Part shown: piece after piece, positions 12,919 through 25,347 of the stretch
How the letters are laid out: every line of letters begins with the position of its first letter
Position numbering within the stretch: the stretch's first letter is position 1
NCBI GenBank assembly: GCA_013239625.1
Contig: MU054212.1
Span: 4,074,650-4,138,649 of the forward strand
DNA length: 64,000 nt
DNA from: Lama guanicoe
Taxonomy: Eukaryota
Direction of reading: 5' to 3'
Position numbers and translations under genes: made by a program
Notes under the pieces: model-generated
Told to the model about the DNA's origin: nothing
The model's input: only the letters and a program-made list of their open reading frames with translations
The model's database searches: none

Positions 12919-13719
12919 TGTGGCAGGGTATTAACTGTCCCCCAATACACAGTTTCCCCTTCTTCCGTACAAAGAGAATTATTGTGATCTCGCAGGACAT
13001 AAATGCCCACTTTCTCCATCATCACAGTTTGCCTCTACTGTGTTCCATGGCTGCCTGGTCCTCTCTTAGCTGCCAGGTGTCAAGTACCCTGTTCTGTGTA
13101 GTGTGCTCATGACATATGGTAAATAGCTTAAAAGTGGGCATTGGTAGAGAGGAGTCAGGAACATCTGTGTTTGTACTTCAATAAAAACGTATGGGTCTTT
13201 AAGCTGGGATTTGAGACTTCAGCAGGGTGGGAGATATTTTTGCTCCCTGAGATCTTAAGAACCCCCTCAATAAATATCACAAAAATTATGGTCTGAAGAA
13301 CAGTAGAACTCAGAATCTTGGTATGTAGCTGCCTAGTTAATAGCTTTTTCCAGATAGCCTTGTGGCTAAGTGTAGTCATGTGACTAACGTTCCGGTCAAT
13401 GCAAAGAAAGTAGAAATGACGGGTTCAATTTCTTAGTCATATTCTTACAGTGAAAAGATGCCTTCTCTTCCTTTCTCTTTTTTAATGACTGGAATATTAA
13501 ACTGCCATCTTGGGCTATATGGGTGGGTAATGGCAAAACCCTAAGGACGCCAGAGCAGTAAGACAGAAGGACATTTAGCCCCACATGACCTCATGGAGAA
13601 GGCACACCCCCTCATCAGCTCAGATTTTATGTGTGAAAGGAAGAAACTTTCACCTTTTAAAAGACATTATCATTTTGTGTCTCATTTACAGCAGCTAAGC
13701 TCCTGTCACAACTGAAACG
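12919..13719 (+). mobile_element. Old MaLR LTR (MLT1J/I-like) interrupted by a roughly 325-bp non-LTR segment
   Basis: Start tgtggcag...tgtcccccaatac...ttccccttcttcc; core gtagtcatgtgactaacgttccggtcaatg; 3' end ttacagcagctaagc...aactgaaac. Confidence 0.7.
12992..13501 (+). repeat. Local direct duplication, copy 2 (paired with 10512-11034)
   Basis: Direct alignment by eye. Confidence 0.95.
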
Positions 13720-14346
13720 GATACTGAACAGAAGAGGCATTTTTAATGATTTAATTTATGATGATGCCTTGTACATACAGGCTCATTTTTGTACAGTTGT
13801 TAATACCCTGTCAATTTGGGACCTCCCCAGATGTGGGAGATACACTTTGGAATGAACTGCCTTTTATTTTTATTATTTTCGTATTAATTGAAAAGTATTT
13901 ATTTTTGTGTCTTTTCATATGTAGTAAAATAGTGTGTGTGTGGGGGGGGATCTTACTAAAATGTTCCTAGTCTGTAGTCTCTCAAAAATTTGTATTTTTA
14001 GACATCTTCTTCAGGTTCATTAATTACACTTCTCTCAGAGTCTAACGTTTAGGACAGAAGGTGTGCTCCTGCTGATACTGGTTTTGTCTTATTCTTTCAT
14101 GTTTACAGTGACTACTGTCTGGTTTGAAAAGTAGTAGTGAGAATTTATTGGACTTTTCCCTCTCAGCACAGAACACGGAGTAATCAAACATGACTGTTTG
14201 GGCAGGATTATTGTGATATGAGTATCCACTATCACACTGCCAACAATTTGCTGGAAGATTTAACTTAGCAAATAAAAATCGAATTTTTTGTGGGCTCAGA
14301 GCAGTCACATATTGGACAATCTTTTTAATAATCTTAAAGCCTAGAA

Positions 14347-14454
14347 GTTTCTTAGTTCAATAGTTTTTCTGGAAACAAAACCAATATTTTTGCTAATTTA
14401 AATATTTTAAACCAGGTGGGAATGTGTTTGACAGTATGATATTTCTTTTGCTTT
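14347..14454 (+). repeat. Local direct duplication Y, copy 2
   Basis: Direct alignment to 12789-12900. Confidence 0.95.
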
Positions 14455-15359
14455 ACAAGGTTAAACTCTAAGGTTTATGTAGATTTGTGCTACATTTTGG
14501 AAATGACATTGAGAATATGTTTTTATTTTGGTTCATTAAAATAGTTTCCTTTCTTTAGTTGTAAACATAAGATTTTTTAAATAAATTAAAAAAATGGGTA
14601 AGTATGTTTTAGTTGCCTGTTTTTTCTTAAATCTACTGGTAATTAACATGGTGTTAAAATTCATAGAACTTTTCAGAAAAAAAAAAGACAAGTTCTGAAA
14701 AAGAGGTTTATAATTGGCATTATATTCCAAATTAAAGGAATTCATTTATCTAGCAGTGGACATTAAACATACCTGACCTTTCAGCTATATTCTTATATAA
14801 TGGAAGGATGTTCTAAGTCTTCATCATTCCACAGTAATTTGTAATTTCCTTTGAGGTTGTATTGGAAGTAAATACAGGCTTTTATTATAAGGCAATGTCC
14901 TCCCTCCCCGTTTTTTTATCTGTGTAATAATATTTAGTCTTACAGATTTCCTTTTGCTGTGACTGATCAGTAATCCATGACATTTAGAACTGACAAAGAA
15001 TTCTAAGTCACCCACTTTTTTACTTTGTTGGAACTTAGCACAACCTGAGGAAATGTGAGGGCAGAGAATAGATATGCTTCAAGAATAAAGATCCCTCTTT
15101 TGCTTTTAAGAAGCCTTCAATATTTTATTGTGATTATTTAGACTTGATAGAATTTATACATTTTAAGGCATTTATAAAGATATTCTGATTCTGCAACAGA
15201 AAAATGTAGGTACTTAAATACAGAACAGGCTTTTCAGTTTCTTCTGATTTCAAAGTTCTATGGTTTTTGTTAGTCATTTTATTATCTTCCCCCACCCCCG
15301 CCGCCCCCTCCACAGGTATTGGTCTCATACTTCTCGTTCCTAATCTAATCCTCAAACTA

Positions 15360-16013
15360 CTTTTTTAATTCAACAGGCTTATTGAAGTGTTTAATTCATG
15401 TACAAAACTCCCTACAAAAAGAAGCTAAGAGTAGACCAAAACATCGCACAAAATGTTATAATTTCTAAAAATAAAAAAACCCTGCATATATTTACTGTGT
15501 ACAGTTTGAGGAGTTTAGACATGCAAACATCTGTGACACCATCACCACAGTCAAAGTAATGGACTTAACCAATCCTTGAACAGATTTTGTAGTGTGTGAT
15601 ACTGTGTTAGTGTTAAGCACAGGCACCACGACGTACAGCAGATCTCTGGAAGATTTTCATCTTGCATAACTGAAGCTTTACACCCACTGAACAACAAGTC
15701 CCCACCTCCCCCTCTTCCACAGCCACTAGCAACCAACATTCTAGTCTTTGCTTCTGTGTATCTGACTATTTTTTGACTGTCTTAGATACCTTGCATAAGT
15801 GAAACCAAGCAGTATTTGTTCTTCTGTGACTGCCTTTTTAACTTAGCATACTATCCTGTAGGTTCATCCAGACTGTAGAAACTGACAGGATTTCCTTCTT
15901 TTTTCAGACTGAGTACTATTCCATTGTGGATATACACACCACGTTTTCTTTATCCATTCATCTGTTGGGTATTTGCATTGTTTCCATATCTTGGTGCTTG
16001 TGAACAATGGTGC
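15360..16013 (-). mobile_element. Old L1 3' end (L1MA/L1MB-like)
   Basis: cagcagatctctggaa, gcagtatttgttcttctgtgactg, tattccattgtg...tttatccattcatctgttg are typical reverse-strand L1M motifs. Confidence 0.85.
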
Positions 16014-16074
16014 TTTTTCTTCATGAGATTGTTTTCAGTTCATTTGTCATTGAATGCAACACAGTTTTAGATCC

Positions 16075-16218
16075 TCACTTTACTACCCAAAATGTGGTTG
16101 GAGGACCAGCAGCTGATAGCTTAGGCATTACCTGGAAACTCGTTAGAAAGGCAGAATCTTAACCCCATCCCAGATTCCCGGGCGCCTGGTATTTAACTTT
16201 AAAATGTGAGAAGTACTG
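16075..16218. mobile_element. MER5A-like hAT-Charlie MITE
   Basis: ggcattacctggaaactcgttagaaaggcagaatct...gtgagaagtactg. Confidence 0.75.
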
Positions 16219-18299
16219 CTCTAAAACTCAAGCCATTAGACTTGGCTGTGAGTGTACGCATGTGTGTATCTCTAAATGGGAATGTTACGTTTGTTAACAG
16301 AAGTGTCTATTGTCTTTGTTTTCCTGTTACAATAACTAACTTCAGTTTATGATCAATACGATCACATGTGCATTGACCTATAAAATTGATCCAGTGCTTT
16401 TCATATTCTTGCATTGAAAATAATCAGAGCTCTCCCAATATTCATTCCTTGGCTGTTAGCCACACTCCATGGGGATTTCTGATTCCCCATAACAGTGTCA
16501 TTTGAGGAGGAAAAAAAGTCCCTATTAGCCTCCATTGGGAAAGATAGCAAGGCACGAATGCAGTCTGTGGCAATGCATAATTTATATTTGGAAAAAAAAA
16601 ACTAGTTTAAATTAGGTTACATTCCTTACCATTGTTCTCTTCCAAGCTTTAAAGAGAGAGCTTTTTCAGTCCAAGCTATCTTCTTTTAGCGCAGTAGGGC
16701 TGCTCTGGAGGCCAGACTTCCTGGGATATCTGTGTTTCTGGAAATTGCATCATATAGTTTCAACAAAGCCTAGTCTTTCTCAGTTGGACAGACTGTGGCA
16801 AATGCCATTGTCATTAGTCACTGTGACCATATAAAGACTCAACGTGACAACCACAAGGTTTATTTGTTAACTTTTTGTCACATTTTAACATGCTACATGA
16901 AAAGCTTTAATGAGTTGAATTGGTAACTTTTGTTTGACTCCATCAAAATTAAGGAACTTCAGAACAAATACAAATGATATCTTTCAAATGCTGTTATTTC
17001 CTTAACAGGGGCAACATTGCTTCAAATACGTGTCAAATGGTGCACTTTAAACAATTAACAAGTATATATGGTAACACGATCAAATACTGCAGAAAAAAAT
17101 TTGTGCATGATGAATTTCACATGCCTTCTGCCCTTTCCTTCCAAACCCTTAAGTGCTATTCTCCAAAGACAGACTCTTGCATTTCTGTTATTCTTGCACA
17201 GTTTACCTTTATCACAAGCTTAGTAATTTTTGAGACTTTCTTATATTCTTTATTCTGTCAAGTACGCTGCTTTTCCCCAATCAGATGACTCTTGTAGAAT
17301 TTATCCATCCCCCAGTCCTGCTTGAATCCTGCAGCAAATTCTTGGAACTTTCCTTAATTGTCTTAATTTGCTCTATAACTATTGTATTGCTTTCCATTAC
17401 TCTGGATTTTGGATAGAGTTATCTTTTCAAACTTTCATGTTATTATTTTTCAATTTATGTGCCCTGCTATATAAGTACATGAAATTCTGGAGTAAAATGT
17501 TTAGTGAAATAGTGAGCGTGAACAGAGGCGAGTGTGGTGACTGTGACTCTGGAGACCCCACTACACATTCCTTCTGGCACATCTCCCATTGGGAGCAGGA
17601 GCATGGTGGCCCCCAACGCTCACTGCTCCTCTCAGCTCCTGATTTTCTACTCTTTCCCCCTTGTCATTTAAACTCACTGTAGAAGGACTTGACCTTCTGT
17701 TGAAATTAACTCTCCATGTTAAGTGTCAGACACGAAGCAAAACAATGTCATAGCTTCCTTTGTAACAAAAACAAAATAGCTTTATTTTACTGTTTGGCTC
17801 ATGCAACCCAATTATATTTGGGAAGCTATAGGTAAAAAGCATACTAATTTTTTCCTGAATTTTTTAGTGCTAAACAGTAAATACTATATCAAAACAACAC
17901 AGTATGCTTTGTTTTTGCTCTAAAAGGGAATACACACTAGCTTTTAAATGAATGTTACAGTTTTTCCAATTAGATACCAATTTTTACTCACTATTATTGG
18001 GTTCCTTTTTAACCCTTTAGGAAAGTTACAATTCAGGAAGAATCAGAGTCAGATAGGTGACATCGTGAATGGGAGCAGCAGAGTGAATCTTGCTCCCTAT
18101 CAGGGTCTTCTGCTTGGCTCTATTCCGTGCTCTTTCAGCATGAAAACATTCTCTACCCGTGTCATAGGGGGCTCTCCCACAGGGAAAGGAAACTGTCGTT
18201 GCTACTTGACTGTCTGCCAGCAGCACAGGAACCGTTCCCCCACTATTTTACGAGTTCATGATTTTTTGTTATTTTACCTGTTTTTTTTTTGTCTGAAAA

Positions 18300-18590
18300 T
18301 GACCCATTCCTTCCTTTTACCTAGTTGAAATCCCTGTCATATTTGAGGACTTGTTAATCTACAGCTCCCCTACAAAGACATCTCTTATCTTTGAAGCATA
18401 TATGGGTCTCACTTTCATTGAATCCTCACGGTCAAGAATTAATGAGATTAGGATTGAATTTTCCTGAATTGTTCATGTATTGTTGACTCAGACAGCATGT
18501 AAGTTCCAGAAGAACACAGAGGTTATCTTTACTGCTGCTAGTACCTAGCAAAACACTGAGCACATAGTAGGTTCCTAATATATACTGAGT
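18300..18590 (+). mobile_element. L2 3' end remnant
   Basis: tgtaagttcc...agtacctagcaaaacactgagcacatagtaggttcctaata. Confidence 0.6.
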
Positions 18591-20721
18591 TCTTGTAATT
18601 TTAAATAACTTTTATGAATATATAATGCTATGAGGGACATAAATGTCTGCTGATTTTCTCTACTTCATTGAAGAGAAAACTTTGGGTTCAGAGACTACTC
18701 TAATGTTTAATGACCTTTAGAAACATTAGGACCAAAGGAAGTTACTCTGAGTTTTATTTAACTCATTTTGTTAGCTGAGTTTTGTAGTTGATTTATAATA
18801 TCAGAAGGCTTGTCTTATAGAAATAAAAACTATGCTGTGTCAGTACAACATAAAAATATCTAGTCAACTAATTTTGGTCAAATCACTAATTATAGTTCTC
18901 GAGCTTCTTGTTTCTTTGTGGATAACAAAACCACGGAACACGTTTCTCTTTATTTGCACTTTGAAAGTGTTGTTCTTGGAGATGGTCGATTGTTGTGTCA
19001 CTTGCTGCCTTACGTGTTAAAAAATGACTGGTGTAACTTTACCCACTGTGAAATTTAGTTTATATTGCCTAGACATTTGAAAAGGCTCTACCCTATTTAC
19101 TGAACTTCAACAACTTCTATTGGTCATTTAAATTAACTTACAGAGTATTTCTTACTATTGAAATATGCTTTAAGCATTCCCTTCCCATAGTTCGGAATTA
19201 GTGTCTTATTGCAGTATCACTGGGAATAAGAAGATTTTTTGAAAAATGAAAATCGTTAGAAGGTATACCTGTCCTTGCATCTGCTCACTCTAATCAGGCT
19301 GTGCAATGGAATACACATGGCACCAGAGTGTTGGCACTGGATGAATCTGGATCTGAATCCTAGCTCACAGCTAACAGAAGTTACCACTTGGCCTCTGGTT
19401 CAGCCTATTTGATTCTTGAACTTTTGTTCGTTTTGATCTCTGATACTGTCGACCTGTAGACTCATCCTACTGGCCATCTCTTCAGGTATCCACCCTTCTG
19501 ACCATCTAGTCCTCACGACAGCCCTTGACTTATTGCAGCCTCCTTTTTTTCCTTTTTAGCTCGTGATGCTTTTCTAGGCATTTGAATTACATGTGCTGTC
19601 TTTGTCCGTGACTCTTCAGTTTATAATTGGGCTGAAAAATGTTGTTGTGGAAAGGTTAGCCAATGTGCTAAGGAAATTAAATTAAAGTATTTATATTAAA
19701 GTATTAAAGTATTTATATTATATAAACATTATTTCAGGCAGAAAGGAACATGACCCAGGCTAAAATTTTCACGTGCTCGAAGTGTTTTATTTCCTTGCAC
19801 AGTCTTAAAAAGTTAATTTCAGATCACAGTGGTTCTCCCAAGCATAATTTGAAATGTTTGAAATTATATTCGTAAGAGCTGACAGCTTGATGTATAAGAA
19901 AAAAATGGTATGACCTCACAAATACGCTATTCTTATCAATATAAAAGATACTCCATTTATGAGGCTTAATCAAAAAAGTAGCTAGATAGATTGGATAGAA
20001 AGATGAAGTAATGACATCTAAGGAAGTCTCCCAAAAGAGCTAGTCCATACATCTCATTAAGATCTCTGTTCTGGTCAGAATGTGGAAGCAAGGACTGGCA
20101 TTGGATACATTACAGTTCATTCACTGAAGACAAACACATGGAAAAGCTGATGTATCCCTTAGGTTGGCCATTGGGCCTGCTAGAAAAACATATCCCTACA
20201 GAAAGCTATCTGGCATGTCTTTCTTCAACTTTCCTACACCTACACCAGGCTTTACATTGAGAATAAGGCAAAGAAAGCCATGTAATACAGGAAATTAAAT
20301 AGAAAGGTAAAGAATCAGAAAATTACATCTAAGATCATGTGATACTTCAATAAGGTAATACTTTTAGAAGGAAGAGGGAAAGTGATTGAAGACAGTCCTA
20401 CTGACAGTTACTTGTATTTAGTTGATCCTGGTCTTATGCACAGGCTTTGGACAAAATTCATTTTGACATGTTTAAGAGCACCAGGATATAAAATACTGAC
20501 TGTGGCATTTACTGCCTGGACAAGTCAACAGACTGGCACTTTTCACTGTTCCTCATTGCCTAAGTAAATTGTAGCATAGTTGATAAAATAATAATTCAGT
20601 CTAGGGCTGTTCCCCTGAAGGGTAGATCATCTCAAGTTGAGCACCTCTGTCACCATGCATTTTTATTGCAGTTTTGAGAAATAATAATAATAGAACACAT
20701 GAAACATTTCATACATGTATT

Positions 20722-20724
<3 letters not shown>

Positions 20725-20753
<29 letters not shown>
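20725..20753. repeat. (AC)n microsatellite
   Basis: Directly visible. Confidence 0.95.
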
Positions 20754-20758
<5 letters not shown>

Positions 20759-20820
20759 CTATATACACATATATCCTTTCGGGACATGTGTTTTGAAATA
20801 TGTTATTTGAGGACAACTAG

Positions 20821-21165
20821 TTTAAAAATCACTTTATTATTAATGTACATCAAAAAGGTTGTACATATTTAAATGCAGACGATTTGATGTGTTTGGAGAT
20901 AAGTATACATTCATAAGGTCATCTCTGGTCTGTACCGTAAATACACCCATCAGCTCCAGAAGTTGCTTTCTGCCGTCTTTAATTATTATCATCATCAACA
21001 TCATTGTTATTTGTGTGAAAAGAACACAATGTAAGATCTACCTTCTTAGACAAAATTTAAGTGTATAACAGTATTGTTAACTACAAGAACTGTGCTGTTC
21101 AGTAGACCTCTAGGCCTGGTTTAACCAAGACTCATACCCTTGGATAACACCTCCCCATTTCGCCC
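20821..21165 (-). mobile_element. Old L1 3' UTR (L1MA9/10-like)
   Basis: ttgtacatatttaa...aagaacacaatgtaagatctacc...aatttaagtgtataacagtattgttaactac. Confidence 0.8.
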
Positions 21166-21169
21166 TTTG

Positions 21170-21707
21170 TCAGTGTGTTTTGTATTTCATGCCCTTGATT
21201 AATCTCTCCTTGGATGTGGGTAGGGCCTGTGACTTGGTTCTAACCAATGGAATATGACAAAGCTGACTAGATAAAAATGTTTCTAGATGTAGATGATTAT
21301 TCTAGGTAAGATTGTAATATCCATCTTGTTAGGGGACTCTCTCCCCTCTGCTGGCTTTGAAGAAGCCTGCTGCCATGTTCTGAACAGCCACAGAGGGAGA
21401 GGAATGCAGTACAGAACTTCCGGCGGCCTCTGGCCGACAACTATCCAGAAACTGACACCCTTATTCTTACAACATGAAAGGAACTGAATTCTGCCCACAG
21501 TCACATGAGCTGGGAATCAGACCCGTCCCCAGTGGAGCTTCTGATAAGAACTCAGCCCCTGCTGACGTCTGGATGACAGACTTGCAGAGGATCCCATGCC
21601 TGGTCACCTGCCTGGACACAGCAGGAAGTGTGAAGTGAGAAATGTGCATTGTTTTAAGCAGCTGAATTTGTGAGAGTAATGTTTCACATTAATAGGTAAC
21701 TAATCCA
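21170..21707 (+). mobile_element. MaLR LTR (MLT1E/F-like)
   Basis: cctgtgacttggttctaaccaatggaatatgacaaag; ctggctttgaagaagc; aaggaactgaattctgcc; 3' end aataggtaactaatcca. Confidence 0.85.
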
Positions 21708-21728
21708 GGCTTGATACCTGGAGGTGGT

Positions 21729-21947
21729 CATTTAGCTGGGTCTGTAGGAGCAGGGTAGAGTGAACTGAATGACTTAAACAATAGAAATGTATCATTTCAC
21801 AATTCTGGAAGTTAGAAGTCCAAGATCTTAACTTGATTATCTGTGAAGACTTTATTCCCAATTAAGGTCACATTCACAAGTACTGGCAGGGGGCAGGCAG
21901 AGTAGAACTACAGTGTCTCTTTGGGAGACACGATTCGATCCATAGCA
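21729..21947 (-). mobile_element. Internally deleted MLT1B/C-like LTR nested in the MLT1 internal region
   Basis: cttaaacaatagaaatgtat...ttctggaagttagaagtccaagatc...aaggtcacattcacaagtactgg; exact 5-bp TSD GTGGT at 21724-21728 and 21948-21952. Confidence 0.75.
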
Positions 21948-22420
21948 GTGGTGGCTGCTGTAACAATGTCTAAAAATGTGGAAATGGCTTTGGATTCAGG
22001 CAGCTGGAAGACGGAAAGGATTTTGAAGATGATGGTTAAAAAAAAAGCCTAAATTGCCTTGAACACTTAGGAGAAATCTGAACTTTGAGGGCACCTCCAG
22101 TGAGGGCTTTAAAGGAAGTGAGGACCATGTTATTAGAAACTTGTGATGAGGGAATCCGTGTTATGGAGTGACAGAAAACTTAATGAAATTCACCTGAGGT
22201 TAGGTAGAAATGAGTATGTAAGGAATGAACTTGGTTATTTAAATAAGGAGACATTCAAGCAAAGTGTTTAAGGTACTCACTGTTCTTGCTGCTTATGGTA
22301 AAATGTGAGAAGAGCGAATTTGAAGAAAGACTTGTTAAACAAAAAAGAACTAGGACTAGATAATTTTTAATATACTTTAGCCCCTTGAGATGGCAAAACA
22401 TCCTACAGTTAAGTAACGAC
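21948..22420 (+). mobile_element. MLT1 internal (MaLR-int) sequence continuing from the LTR ending at 21707
   Basis: gctgtaacaatgtctaaaaatgtggaaatggctttgga; aaagcctaaattgccttgaaca; ttcttgctgcttatggtaaaatgtgaga. Confidence 0.8.
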
Positions 22421-22469
22421 TTCTGAGCAGCCAGCGGTCATCAGGAAGGGGGACTCTTGCCTGAATTGC

Positions 22470-22716
22470 AAGGAATGCATAAGCCTGAAGTCACTGGGAC
22501 CTGCCACGTGGAGAGAGCCAGTCCACAAAGAATGACAACACAGTCAGAGCAGAGCTGTGAGATAGAGACACCATCAATGACACAACAGCTAATTCCTCAA
22601 ATTTGGCCAGAATAGTTTTATCTTGGCATTTGTGAATGAACGAATGCATTTTATTTGTTTAAACCAGTGTGGGCTGGGCTTTTGTCATGGAAAAATTGAG
22701 AGCAGAATGACTAAAA
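22470..22716 (+). mobile_element. Old ERVL/MaLR LTR 3' fragment
   Basis: ttgtttaaaccagtgtgggctgggcttttgtca...tgactaaaa resembles MLT1K/L-type LTR ends. Confidence 0.5.
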
Positions 22717-25059
22717 TTAAACAAAAGTAAACAAAAAGGCCAATGAATACCATAAGAATAAAGCTCTGTGTGTGTGTATGTGTGGGATGATAAAAATAAA
22801 AATATGAAGTATAGGGTACTAATCACACTTCATAATCTAAAACTTCTGCCCAGCAAAATATAGTTGGGAATAGACTAATTATTACTGGAGCCAACACGCA
22901 GCTCCCTTTTCTGGGAGTAAAGAGAAGACTGTGTTAAGTAATTGGAGAACATTTTGGCATTGTTCTTAGTATCCTCACATTCTGAACAGTGAGAGCCCAA
23001 GATGTGGGTGGACCATGTACAGAATTAGAAGTGCAACACTTGTTAGGTAGGAAGGTCTTCCCTACCAGTGTTCTAGTACTATTGTAGGACTGCTGGAAGA
23101 CATAAGTGATTTCTCATCTTCTCTTAACACGATTTTTGTCTTTCTCAATTTTGAACATTGGCATTCATCATGTTCTAATATAAATTAATGACTGCAGACC
23201 AGGGGGTCAGGGAGAAGATTAAGAGCAGATTCTAGGAGGGACAATGAGTTTTCCATAATGTGACTGAAAAAGAGAGGCAATATGGAACTGGATGTGCTGA
23301 AAAGTCAGCAACTTGAGGCTTGCAAGGGACAAAGTGTTTTAGAATTCTGTAATAGTCTGAATTAACTTCCTTGGCAATTTCTCTTTCTTAAAGCCAAACT
23401 CAAATTTCAAGAACAGCGTTTTTTTCCCCCCAGAAATTGTTCACATGACAGTTGCTAATACCCCCAGTGATAGAACAATAGTATACGGGCATCAGAAACT
23501 GGCCCAGCCATGAGGTGGATTGGCCATTAACAAGTGTGGCCCTCAGTGCAATCACCTGGCCCAGGCTCTGCATGAAAGTTTTGGTTCTTGAGTTTTTAGT
23601 TCTACATTTAGGTTATTAGTTCTACACATACATACCTACAGGTAGGTATCATCAGTTATTTGACTTTATATGGGAAACATTTTGAAAAGCATTTCTTTCT
23701 AGTACCGTAACAGAAAGTCTTAAGGTATTCAGTATACAGTATTTCCTTCTTTCCTCCACTCCTAGTCCCTAGGAATACTCTAAGTCACTCTTTAGAGAAA
23801 TAGAAATTGGTTCTGGAAAGAAATATATACAGTACAAATTAGCAAATTATCATATGGGATTCAATGAGTGTTTATAATTTTAAAATGTTAGCTTTATTTA
23901 AAATGTTAGATTTATTGTTCAGTAAGAAATTTTTATAAACTTGTTATAATCTATTTCAGTCTAGTGTCTTTAACAAAACCCTGATTTTCTGTCATGTTAT
24001 TTCTAAGAACTGTCACTGTTCAGCTTGCTGTTCTGTGAAAGATTTGCGATATCTTTTGTATTTAATATCTTGCTGCTTTTTTATTCTAAAACTGTGGCCT
24101 CTTTTTTAACTTAATAAAGAAAATTGAAGGAAAAAAGACCCACAAGGAAAGTCATTATCCTTGGTTGGAGTCAATACTATCATTGCTATTCAAAGGCGAG
24201 AATTAATCAGATGTTAGTTTGCAGCCAAGGAAACCATTTTATTTATAATGGAAGGAAACAAAAGCTAAAGGCGGCTAATGCATTAGGACCTGAAAGAGGC
24301 ACAGGGGGAGAAGAATAAGATCACTCTTACTAGTAACTTTTTACTTTCATTTGACACATTTGAACTATTGTACCTCTAAATGATAGCAGACAGCTATACT
24401 GTAGGCCATCAATCAATCAATATATTGATAAAACATGTCAAGGTTCCCAGTCTGATAAAGTGTCATCTTATTTATGCTGCACTAAATATTGGATTTTATT
24501 TTACCCAGGTTAGGGTTTGACTATTTCCAATTTCTAATAGTAACTTGGTCTTGTTACCTTGTTCATTAGTTTTGGTGTTTGTTTCATAAATATTCATTGA
24601 GGGCATGGTATGTGCGTTCGTTTGGGTCATTTTCTGTATGCTGACTATACTGTAATGAATAAAATAGAAAAACCCCACTGTGCTAATGAATCCGACATGC
24701 TAATGTTTCCAAATACAACCGTTTGCTAGATGTCTTAGGTTCAGTGAAAAAGTGTTTAGGGCACTTTATCTCTCTCTGGCTCAAAATCAATTATTCTTTT
24801 AGGAACTCAATTGTTAGACAGATTGGGGTTCATATTTTGACCACTTGTTGTCCTTGAATCTTTGAACCTGGATGTGGATTTTTTTTTTAAATCTAAATCT
24901 TTTGCTGTGTTTTTATATTGTTGTTTCTTCTACCCTCTACTCCTTTTCACCTGGACTCAACTACTTGACCATTTAAATTCTAGGCTTCATTCATTCATTC
25001 AAAACAACGTTTCAACTCTGTTTTCATAAGATTCATTTTTTCAAAAAGAAAATGTAATG

Positions 25060-25225
25060 TCATACATCAAGTAGGAGCTATCATACTATTCCCATGTTAC
25101 AGATGAAGAACTGAGACTCCAATTTGTTGAGTAATTTGAGCAATGTCATGTGGCTAATAAGAGAAATTGTTAGAATTTAAACTCAGGTCTCTCTAGCATT
25201 AAATTCTATGACCTATCTCTTACAT
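25060..25225 (-). mobile_element. MIR SINE
   Basis: cccatgttacagatgaagaactgagact...gaatttaaactcaggtct. Confidence 0.75.
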
Positions 25226-25347
25226 ACCCATTGTGTTTGGGATGCACATATATTCTTCTAGCCTTGATTCTGGATCTCCTGAATATCCCCATCTGGTTGC
25301 TTGCAAATTAAAAAAATCGAAAGGATTTTAGTCTGTAAAACAAAACC

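Noticed and set aside
10512..14454. CRISPR-like array or gene-family tandem repeat
   Set aside because: Only two or three long, irregular, diverged copies in eukaryotic DNA; the 79-aa and 72-aa ORFs look alike only because the DNA is duplicated
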